IMG/VR virus record: IMGVR_UViG_3300037467_002795
Source of the DNA: an uncultured virus (IMG/VR IMGVR_UViG_3300037467_002795)
Taxonomy: Duplodnaviria > Heunggongvirae > Uroviricota > Caudoviricetes
Strand: one strand, 5' to 3'
DNA length: 64,000 nt
Shown piece after piece: positions 48,963 through 58,400 of the stretch. The position numbers and the translations under genes were made by a program. A model generated the notes under the pieces. The model saw nothing but the letters and a program-made list of their open reading frames with translations. It did no database searches and was not told the origin of the DNA. The number at the start of each line of letters is the position of its first letter. Position 1 is the first letter of the stretch.

Positions 48963-49043
48963 TACGGGACCATCAGGTCCGAATTGCCGATAGCTATAAA
49001 CTGAATATTTATAGCGTTTTGCCCAATTTTTCCCACCTGCATA

Positions 49044-49316
49044 TCATTTAGAACCCGAATGTCCGTCCGTTCGTCCCTGGACCGGCACGCGGGCCCAGGT
49101 CCCGGTCGGCAGGGCGAACACGGTGCCGTTTTCGGCCGCGAAGAAGTCGAGTTCCCCAGTCGAGTCGGGCTCAAGAGAACGGACCCTGAACACCTCTCCT
49201 GCCGGAACATCGACACTGTCCCAATCAGGCATACTGTTCACGAAGGCCTCAGGCACAAGCAGAACCGAAGCGGGGACGAGCAGGACGAGCGTGAACATCG
49301 GGCGGGTCCTCGGCAA
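49044..49316 (-). CDS. Small hypothetical protein with a hydrophobic N-terminus
   Basis: Lies downstream of a leftward promoter; start uncertain. Confidence 0.35.
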   Translation of the reverse strand: MPRTRPMFTLVLLVPASVLLVPEAFVNSMPDWDSVDVPAGEVFRVRSLEPDSTGELDFFAAENGTVFALPTGTWARVPVQGRTDGHSGSK

Positions 49317-49423
49317 GGTGCGCAGCGGGACGAATGGAAATCAGCCCCCAAGGGGGTTGACGCCGGCAGAATAAAACGCGAGGATAAAGCCCCCACGGGG
49401 TGAGGGCCGTCAGGGTTTCCAGT

Positions 49424-49452
49424 ACAGTATCCCACTTGGGAAACCGTGTCAA
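49424..49452 (-). promoter_or_regulatory. Leftward sigma70 promoter TTGACA-17-TACTGT with a palindromic operator-like site (TCCCA ct TGGGA, 49430-49441)
   Basis: Divergent from the XRE gene. Confidence 0.55.
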
Positions 49453-49503
49453 CTGAAAAACCATATGCAATCACCTCTGCTACAATCTGGCTTTGGCTTC
49501 AGA

Positions 49504-49752
49504 ATGCCTAAAGATGCGTTCAGTGAGGAGTTACGGCGACTCAGAAAGGAATCTGGCCTGACCCAGGAAGAGGTTTCGGTTGCCGCAGATGTGCCCATCT
49601 CAACGTATCGGAACTGGGAAGGTGGACACCGAAGACCTGAATTGGCGGCGGCTTACCGTCTGGCAAAGGCCCTCGGTGTCGAGGTGTCGGTTCTCGCAAA
49701 GCTCGCTAACGAACATCCACTTCGCAAAAAACGAGAGTCCGGAGAAGAATAG
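49504..49752 (+). CDS. XRE/Cro-C1 HTH regulator
   Basis: LRRLRKESGLTQEEVS..STYRNWEGG.RRP..RLAKALGV. Confidence 0.9.
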   Translation: MPKDAFSEELRRLRKESGLTQEEVSVAADVPISTYRNWEGGHRRPELAAAYRLAKALGVEVSVLAKLANEHPLRKKRESGEE

Positions 49753-49760
49753 GAACCGTT

Positions 49761-50486
49761 ATGGCCACCGCCCTCGAAACCACCTGTCCGACATGTCAGA
49801 CATCCTTTTCGCTGACATCTCGAGTGGTCAGCCGTAACGTGGTCTGTCCTGTTTGCAGGTCCATCGTCAAGGCTCAGCCAGTCAGGGCGAAAGAATCCGC
49901 CACTTCCTCTTCAGGTCCCTCTCTTGCCAGACGGGCCGGAAAATGGACCCGAAATAATGCGGCGATTGCGGCGATTATCGTGAGTGTTGGTGGAACCTCA
50001 TTACTTATCTTCATAATTGTTTTGTTTTTACAGAACCGCACGATATCTGCTGACTCGGGCATCCTGACAACTCAACCAACAGGCCGGGCAAAATACGACA
50101 TCTCGGGTCGGACAGGCCCCGAGCCGGCGAAGGCAACCGAGAGCGAGGAAACATACAAAGCCTGGCTGAGCCGAAAAGTGCCATCTCGCTGGACCGTCCA
50201 CCGAGTCACGCTTTCCGACAGATACAACATCTCGAGCGCGACTTTTTTCACATACCTGGGTGGTGCCCGCTGCCGGTTTTCAGTTAGTCATATTAAGGCT
50301 TACGCTTGGGTCGTTACGGCCGAAGAGCAAGGTGTGGACGCACCACGGACCGCAGACATCACCTTCTTCCCCGATTACACTTACGATTACTTCTTCGCAA
50401 CCGGACAAAACAAAAAATGGACCGAAGAAATCACGCCACAGGCAAAAGAACTTGTGGAATATTTCCGTTCAGTTCTTCCGGACTAA
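49761..50486 (+). CDS. Zn-ribbon + single-transmembrane membrane protein
   Basis: CPTC..CPVC followed by a long hydrophobic segment. Confidence 0.65.
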   Translation: MATALETTCPTCQTSFSLTSRVVSRNVVCPVCRSIVKAQPVRAKESATSSSGPSLARRAGKWTRNNAAIAAIIVSVGGTSLLIFIIVLFLQNRTISADSGILTTQPTGRAKYDISGRTGPEPAKATESEETYKAWLSRKVPSRWTVHRVTLSDRYNISSATFFTYLGGARCRFSVSHIKAYAWVVTAEEQGVDAPRTADITFFPDYTYDYFFATGQNKKWTEEITPQAKELVEYFRSVLPD

Positions 50487-50489
50487 GCC

Positions 50490-50831
50490 ATGACAACAGT
50501 GGTAATCCAAATAAAAAAGAATTCCGGGTCGCGCAATGTGTTTTACAGATTCTGCAAAAATCACAATCTTAACTATGAGGCAATTGAGTTTTATTCCCCA
50601 GATGGGGCCTACCACAAAAATACTGGAGCGATAAGGGCTTGGGCAGTGGTTAATGGTGAATTAAAAAAGTTACCGTATGTCTTTGTTGTTTCTGGCAAAC
50701 TTGAAGCAATTGACGAACTTAGTAGGAGACCGTTTGTCGAACTGACCACTGAATCGAGCCGCCGTTCGGTCCTACCGGCCCAAGGTCAATCCAAGAAGGA
50801 CGGAGCACATAGTCAAAGTCGGCACAGTTAG
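50490..50831 (+). CDS. Hypothetical protein, tandem paralog 1
   Basis: AIEFYSP.G.Y.KN.G..R.WA..NGE, VLPAQGQSKKDG. Confidence 0.65.
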   Translation: MTTVVIQIKKNSGSRNVFYRFCKNHNLNYEAIEFYSPDGAYHKNTGAIRAWAVVNGELKKLPYVFVVSGKLEAIDELSRRPFVELTTESSRRSVLPAQGQSKKDGAHSQSRHS

Positions 50832-50840
50832 GGGATACCG

Positions 50841-51182
50841 ATGGCAACACTCGTAGTTAGAATTAAAATGAAAGGAAGATGTCGTCGCAGTTTTTACGGG
50901 TTTTGCGAACTTCATGGCCTTGCTTATCAGGCAATCGAATTTTACTCGCCGAACGGAACTTACCGCAAAAATGACGGCACACCGCGAGATTGGGCAATAG
51001 AAAACGGCGAGGTCACAGAGGTTCCTTGCGTTTTTGTTGTCAATGGTGACAAAGAGAAACTCGAAATACTCAAGTCCCTAAAATGCACTGAGGGTTGCGA
51101 AGAAACACAAAAGGGATGTGTGCTGCCAGCTCAAGGTCAATCAAAGAAAGACGGGTCGCACGGCCAAGGTCGTCACAAATAA
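50841..51182 (+). CDS. Hypothetical protein, tandem paralog 2
   Basis: Same length (113 aa) and motifs as 50490. Confidence 0.65.
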   Translation: MATLVVRIKMKGRCRRSFYGFCELHGLAYQAIEFYSPNGTYRKNDGTPRDWAIENGEVTEVPCVFVVNGDKEKLEILKSLKCTEGCEETQKGCVLPAQGQSKKDGSHGQGRHK

Positions 51183-51382
51183 TGAGCGAAGAGGTTTTTG
51201 TTGAGTTGTGGAATCGAGCAGAAACTTTTGAAGACGCCTGCCGCAGTATCGCCGAGTACGCCCGCAGCCACGGTCTTCCCGACCTACCCAAGGTGAAAGT
51301 CGCCGCCCGCGTGGCCGAGTATAGGCTTCGCGGGCTGGAATTAAAAAGGCAGGTTTCCGGCAGGTCGGCTCCGCCGACGTGA
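51182..51382 (+). CDS. Small HTH-like hypothetical protein
   Basis: TAATG coupling; FVELWN..YRLRGLELK. Confidence 0.5.
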   Translation: MSEEVFVELWNRAETFEDACRSIAEYARSHGLPDLPKVKVAARVAEYRLRGLELKRQVSGRSAPPT

Positions 51383-51387
51383 CGAAG

Positions 51388-52017
51388 TCAGGCCCGACCA
51401 TCCCCTGGGGACGAACCGGGCGTGTATTGCCAGTGCAGCTCGACAAGAGGGCCGAAGTCGTTCTTGTCGGCCGCCCGGATGGCCGAAAGGTACGTCGCTC
51501 GGATGGGGCTCACCTCACCCATCTGGGGCTCGGGCCAAACCGTGGGGTGGGCTCCGTGTCTCCGAAGCCAAATGTTCGCCAGCATCCGCGACCACCGACC
51601 GTTGCCGTTCAAGAAAGGGTGGATTTTGACCGCCCGGTAGTGCAGGAGGGCGGCGTCTTCGACTAGCGAGAAAGGGCCTTTTCCCCAGTAGGGGATGGTT
51701 TCGACGAGGTCTAGAACCTGAGCCTCCACGTCGTAGAACCGACATCCTAAGTTCAGGTCGCACTTCCTGGGAGTACCAGCCCAGGCCCAGACCTGTCCGA
51801 ACATCTCCTTGTGCAACCCGAACACCCAGTCGAAGGTGAACGGGGCTTCGGCCGGCCTCAGCCGACCCACCAAGTATTTTGACGCGGCGACGGCGATATT
51901 TTCCGCCTCGACCTGGTTTAGTTGGCGGCGGGTTCCGACCCAGGGCAGGAGCAACCCGGACACGTCGTCGATGGGTGTTTCGCCGGGAACATGCCCCCAG
52001 TCAATTTTAGTCGTCAT
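51388..52017 (-). CDS. Fic-domain protein (mobile mystery protein B)
   Basis: GETPID, LHKEMFGQVWAWAG, HPFLNGNGRWSR. Confidence 0.88.
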   Translation of the reverse strand: MTTKIDWGHVPGETPIDDVSGLLLPWVGTRRQLNQVEAENIAVAASKYLVGRLRPAEAPFTFDWVFGLHKEMFGQVWAWAGTPRKCDLNLGCRFYDVEAQVLDLVETIPYWGKGPFSLVEDAALLHYRAVKIHPFLNGNGRWSRMLANIWLRRHGAHPTVWPEPQMGEVSPIRATYLSAIRAADKNDFGPLVELHWQYTPGSSPGDGRA

Positions 52018-52372
52018 CCCACAACTTCCGTTTTTTTCCTGCGAGCAGGGTCGCGGTCGAGACCTCTACCAGACGTTCGAACCCGGGCCCGTCCACGCCC
52101 GCGGATTCGAGTCCCTGTGTTCCCTGCACGAGCTTGGCCACGTACCGGGCCTTGGCGGTCGCCCGGTCGCGGAGAATCCGCTTGACCGGAATCCTGCTCC
52201 CCGTCGCAAAGTCCACGCCGAGGGCTTTTGCGACGGACGCGACGTGTTCGAACCGGACCTTGGTCGGGTCGGCCAGGATGCGGTTAACGGTGGCGACCGG
52301 GACACCGCTCAGTTTCGCCAAACAACTGATGGTCATGCCGAGCTGTCGACGTCGCTTGTTGAGAAGTTTCAT
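52007..52372 (-). CDS. HTH partner (mobile mystery protein A-like)
   Basis: RRQLGMT..LAKLSGV; TQGLE; C-terminal RKLW; directly upstream of the Fic gene. Confidence 0.8.
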   Translation of the reverse strand: MKLLNKRRRQLGMTISCLAKLSGVPVATVNRILADPTKVRFEHVASVAKALGVDFATGSRIPVKRILRDRATAKARYVAKLVQGTQGLESAGVDGPGFERLVEVSTATLLAGKKRKLWDDD

Positions 52373-52430
52373 CTGCGTTACTCCCCCTTGAAATATATCA
52401 CTGGTGATACAAAAAATCCAGAGCCGCTCG

Positions 52431-55400
52431 TTATCGCAGCGACCCCGAATCAGACGCAAGAGGAGCCGTCGCCTCGGGCATCCGCCGGTTGAATTCGCCG
52501 CCCATCATGCTGCGAATCTGGCGGTTGATTTCTGCTTTGACCGCGTCGGATACGCCCGGCTGGGCCACCGCACCGCCAACCAGATTCACGTCGATTTGCC
52601 CGGAATACTCGATGTGGGTCGGGATTTTGTCGAGCGACGTGACAAGCTTGTCCACTGTCGACTCGAACCTGCTGAACCCGCTATTCATGGTCGTAACCGA
52701 GTTGTTAAACCCGCTCATCCCCTCGTTAAATCGGGCCGCGGATTCGCCCATTTTGGCCGCCGCATCCGACGCCCGGCTCGACCCGTCCGAGCCGCCGGGG
52801 GACCCACCACGATTCAGTGACGCCAACCCGGACGCCCCGAGCGACTGCATGCCGGCCCGGCTGACGACACCTTCGCCTTTTTCGAGCATGGCCAGCGTGC
52901 TGTCGTAGTTCGGAGAACCGCTGGTCACCAACCCACCCGCTGCGAACCGGTGAATTGGCTCGGTCGGAGCGGACACCAAAAAGTGCCGGTCGAGCGGGGG
53001 GTTATTCTTTGGACGAGGGGCCGGGGCGATGGGCAGTTTGCCCTTGGTCGGCCGCTTGAGGGCCGCTCGCTGGGCCTTCTTCCACGCGACATCAGCCGCC
53101 CGCTGGTCGGCTCGCTCGGCCATCCGGTGGGCGACGTCGCGGTGGACATCCCAGAACCCACGGCCGAACTTTTGCATGAATAGGGCCTGGTCTTCGGCCT
53201 CGCGGTGTTGGAGGCGGGCGACCACCCCGCCGTACACCTCATCCTCACCGGGAAGCCCTCCGGCACCCGCGTAGGCTTGTTGCTCGAGGAGCGAACCGAC
53301 CTGACGGCGGGCGTTGACCTGCGCGAGGTTCCTCGCCATGTACAGCCCCAGGTCTTCAGCTTTCAATTTGCCCTTTGCGATTAATGCCCGACCTTGTTTC
53401 TCTAGCTGGTGGTGCATCCGGTCCAGCCCGGCTTCCCCGTTCGGGTTATAGCTTGTCTCGAAGATGGCCTTTTTGTTGGACTCGGCGAATTTAGTCCGAG
53501 CGTCTTTGATGGCTTCGCGGTAGAGCCGTTCTTCGGCCGGGGTCTTCGACTTTTTTAGAGCCTCTTTATAACGGGCAATGTCGCCCTCAATTTTGTCGGC
53601 TTGTTTGTGATTCCACCCACCCAGGAAAAATGTGTCGAACGGATTGGTCGCCCCCTCCGCTGCCGCTCCCCGCTGAGCGCGTTCCATGTCACGAGCTCGA
53701 GCTTCATCCTCTTTAGTGAGCTTTCGAGCCACCCCACCGGCAGCCAAATACTGGGGCACCACCCCGCCCCGGGCGAGTCCCAACCAGTCTGCGGCCGATA
53801 CCATTCCTTGGCGGATGGTTTCGTAAGTGCCCATCGCCCCACGGATGATGCGTCTCTTACGGTCGTCCCCGTCCGCCACAAATCGACTGTCGTCCAGAGG
53901 GCCACGGGCGTTGTTTATCGCATGGAGCAAAGGCCGGTTGGCAACTGATGACTTTGCATTAATAATATATTCATTTGGACTTAACATCGCTGGAACAACA
54001 TCGCTGCCCCTGGGCGACCAGTTAATAAGTCCGCCCTGGGCCCTGTGCTGGGGCTGGGCCGGCAATTGTTTGTTCAAATCACTCAACATCGTCCCGAGGG
54101 CAGCTAGCTCCTTGTTGACGTTTCGTAGGTTCTCGTCGAGTTTGTCCAGCCCCTGAATGGACTCGGATTTTTTCTCAGGGTCCAAGGCCGACATAAGCTT
54201 AGCACGGTCTTCCCGGTTGATGCCGGCGAGTCCTTCAGGGCTGATTTTTCCGAGCCGGAGTTCGCCGGCCGCCTTGTCCATTTCGTCCCGAGCCCACCCC
54301 TTCACCGTATCAACCCGCCGGAAAACGGCCCCGTGGAGCCGCTCGGCGGCGACATCATTCATCGTGTCCTGCCGTTCTTCGGGAGTCAATGACCGGCCGA
54401 GCTCTTTGGAACGGTGGCCCAACTTCTCGTTGATGTCCATAAACAGGGAACCATTGGCGGCCTCGTCGATGGCGTTCGATTTGTACTCCGGTAGCAGGTC
54501 CTTGCCGATTTTGCTGCTGTCCAGAATCCTGGAGAAAATCAGTCTCCGTTCTTCCCGGCTCGCGTGCAACAGGTCGGTCTCGTTGCCGCCGGCCGACCGC
54601 TGCAAATATCCCCGGGCCTTTTCGCGGTCCTCCCCCGGTGCGTTCACCTCGTCAAGCTTCTCGAAATACTTTTTCAGGTCGGGGAAATATCGTTGAGCTT
54701 CCTTTACGCTCGCATCTGTTCCTTCAATACCCACCGCTCCGAGTACCTTTCTCAGATTGACCTGCTCATTGAGCCTGTTTTTTTCGAGGGCCTGCGAACT
54801 AATCATTGACTGGGTCTGCCGCCGTTGTTCGTAAACGGACTGGGTGGCGAGTCCGGAAACGACCGTGTCCCGGGCCCCCTGGACGAACTTCTTGACCCAG
54901 TCGTTCGCCTTGACTAGGTCCGCCGCGATGCCGCCCTGGGCCCGCACGCTTACCCCAGCAACCCGAGCATTTTCGTCAGTGAGTTTCTGTCGCCCCCGCC
55001 GCATCTCGGGCGGAACAATCCCCGTGTCCTCGAGCACGAAATTCCGCAGGCTGTCCCCAGTAAACCCGTTCTTGAATTGAGAGGGTCCAATGTCGTGAGA
55101 GGCCTGTATGAACAATCGCTTGTTTTCTTCCGACATCCTCTTAAACAACTCCGGGTCTTGGGCGACCTGAGCGGCCAGCGTCTGCCCTCGCCGCATTTTT
55201 TGGCGTTCTTCTGGACTCGCCATAATAAATTTCTCCGCGAAACTCAAACGATTATCGCGGTCACTATTAATGGTGTTGAGTCGCTCCTGAATGGCGGCCC
55301 CCCTTTTTCCCGCGTCGGCCAGATTCCGAAGGGCTTCCTGCAAATTCTGGGTCCGCTGGACGGTTGCCTCGAACTCTCTCGACAACTGCGCAAAGCGTTC

Positions 55401-58400
55401 GGGATTACCTTCGGCCTTATCCTTGTTAGTTTTTATCGAGTCGAGACTTTGCCGTTCTTTCTCCAGCAAACTCGAAATACCGCTGACGTCCTCGTTACGG
55501 AGCCCAGTCCCCGCCAACAACCGGGACTGTCGAGCTTCGTGCGGTGCGGTCAGGTCTTCGAGCGATAAAAACCGACTCGCGTCACCACCCCCCAGGCGTT
55601 CCGACCGGCTCACCGCCAGGGCCCGCGTGAGCCCCAGACGAGCTTCGGCAAGTCGGTCCTGTTCGGAGCCGACCGTGCTCGCGTTCTGCCGCACGGTGGA
55701 TAGGCCGGTCGCATAGGCCAGGTTCGCCTCCTGGATGCGGCGGGCAATCTCCTGGCTGTAAGCCGCAGCCTTGGCGTTATCGACGTTCAGGTTTTTGGCC
55801 GCCCCCTGCGTATCGTGCCCGATGTAGGGCAGGGCGTTCCCGCCGTGTTGCTGGTCCAGTTTCCGGACCTGAGAACTGACGTTCGCGATTGCCAGCCGCA
55901 GTTCCGGGTTCTCCTTCAGGGCCTTCTCCCGAGCCTCGTCCGACATTTCCGGCAGGAGAGATTCCCGCAGGCCCTTCTCGACCCGCGTGTGCGTCGTGTG
56001 CTCGGTCGAATTCCCTTCCCGGACGAGCTGGTCCAGAACGCTGGGCAGAATTCGGGCGATGTCGTCGGCGGCCTGACTGCTCCTGACCAGTCCCTTCCCT
56101 GCCGGACCGAGCATTCCCCCGACCACGCCGAGGGCCTCGCGGAAGCCGCCCGGGTTGGGGGCCCCGAGAATACCCAGGTTGTTCGCGTAGTTCGGGGCAC
56201 CCACGGGCGTGTGCCCGCCAAACGCGAGCATTGGTAAATCTAGTTTGGTCTTAAAATCATTCAATGATGCAGAAACGGCATCGAACGCCACGACCAGCCG
56301 ACCCGCCGAGTGCGCCTGCCGCTCGCTCACCACCCGGGCGTCCTCTACGGCCTTCTGGCCGGCGAAGTTTCGCTGGGCCTCACGCACGTCCTGTGCCATT
56401 TCGTTTAGGATTTTTGCCAGCGGCACATTGCGGATGTCGGCAACCACTCTCAGCAGTTCACCCCGGACGCCCTTATTGAGTTCGTCCACCAACTCCTCGG
56501 GCCTCGCCTCCGGCCGGGCCTTGGCCAGTCCGGTCGCTTCGGACGACAAAATACTGGCGAACCCACCCGCTTGGTTCGCGAGGGCTTTGCGGAGTTCGAG
56601 AGTCTGCGCCTTGGCCAACACGTCCGAGTCCGGCGTTTTCCGCCAGAAACTGCTCGAATTTTCGAACGCCCGCGTGGTCGCGGCTGCTCGGACCTCCCGA
56701 ATATCGCTGATGATGCCGTACCGGTTGGCGCTCATCAGGCCTTCCTTGCCCTCGACCACCCGCCGCAAATTCTCGTTGAGGTGTTCGGTGGCGTTCGCCG
56801 CCTTGGCCTCGGCCAGGTTCTTCGAGGCGTCCTTTAGAGAGGTCGTAAACCCGTAAACCGCCCCGATGGCTCCGCCGATAGCCGCCCCCCACGGGCCGAA
56901 CACCATCCCCACGCCGGCTCCCATCGCGCCGTACTGGAGGGTCCCACCCGTCACCGTTTGGTTCGTAAAAGAGGATTCGGCACCACTGTTGCCGACCGCC
57001 CTCGCCGCCGCTCCGTCTTCCGGGCTGAACGCCTGACCGATGAGCGGAGCGGCCATCATACCGGCGTAAGCCGCCCCCGCCCCGCCACTTCCCCGGATGC
57101 GACCCAGGGCACCCGACCCGACGGACACGACTCCGGCCGCCTGTCGACTCAGCCAGCCCCCTTGTCCCAGTCGGTCGGCCAGCCGCCCGAACCGCCCCCG
57201 GCCACTTTCATCAATCGTGCCGCTGAACCAGCTCCGCCGGGTCGTTTCCGTAATCTGTTGACCCAGGTCGGCGAGCCCGACAACTTTCCCGTTCCTGTTT
57301 CGAATCACCTGGGCGTTCGTCCGGTACGCCTCTGCCGCCATTTCCTCGGCGATGGCCAGTCGTTCTTGGGCCTTGAGGGCGGGGGCCAGTGTCTGAAGCT
57401 GTCGACGAATCCCCGCGGCTAACTCATTCTGGGCCTTTGAGACCTCTCGACCGGCTAGGTTGGCGGTCGCAGCGGGGGCCAGGCCGCCCAACCGGTGCAT
57501 CTGGGCCGCATCCAGGGACGTAGCCCCGCGGGCATTGGCGATATCGGCGAATCCGAGTCCGGTCGGACTGAGCGGCCGGTCCCGGAACCGTTCCCCGGCC
57601 AGGAGGTCGTTCAGGCGGAGACGGGCCCTGAAGGTATTGACGGCACCGTCACCGGGACCGTTCGGCGGGGCCACCGCCGGCAGACGCCCGGCCAAGAAAT
57701 CGCGGACCGTCAGCGGGTTATAGGCCACCGACCCGCCCGGCCGGTACTGAGTTTCACGGTGTCGGTACGGGGACGGTTCCCCCTCGACACTCAGGAGGGA
57801 CGCAGCCGCGTTCGGCGTGATGGGGCGGCCGGGAGCATTTCCGAAACCGTACGTGGGTCCGACCGGACCGGGTTCGCCCGGCCGGTATCCGGGGCGGTTC
57901 GTCGGGGACTGGCCGCGTCCGATGGCCGGCATGAGGCCGTACGGGGCCGGGAACAAACCCGTTTTGGGAGAGGACGGGGATTCGACCCACGGGTCCGTCC
58001 GGAAGCCGATGGGGGACCCGGCGACCGGGTCCCGCAAATTTCTCATTTCCCGCCGGAATCGCCGTTCCACTTCCTTTTCGGCGTACCCCGGGATGACGGC
58101 CCCCCGGCCCCCGCTCAGGTGGACGTAGCCGGGCGGCAAAGACGGGACGTGAACGAGCGGGTACGACGGCCTGTCATTATTTGACGGAGCCGGACTTCCG
58201 GCAGGAGAGGGAGGGGCCGGCGGTGGGGGCGGAGGCAACGGCGGCTGGCTCCCCGAAGTGGCTGGACCAGTTCCGCCGGCCTTTCTCGCCTTCAGCCACG
58301 CCGTGAGGGAGGCCGGGTTGCCCAACTGGACGCCCGCCGTGTCCCCGGTCGTATACGCGGCAGTTCCCTTGAGGGCCGCCTGGCGAATTTCATTGGCCTT

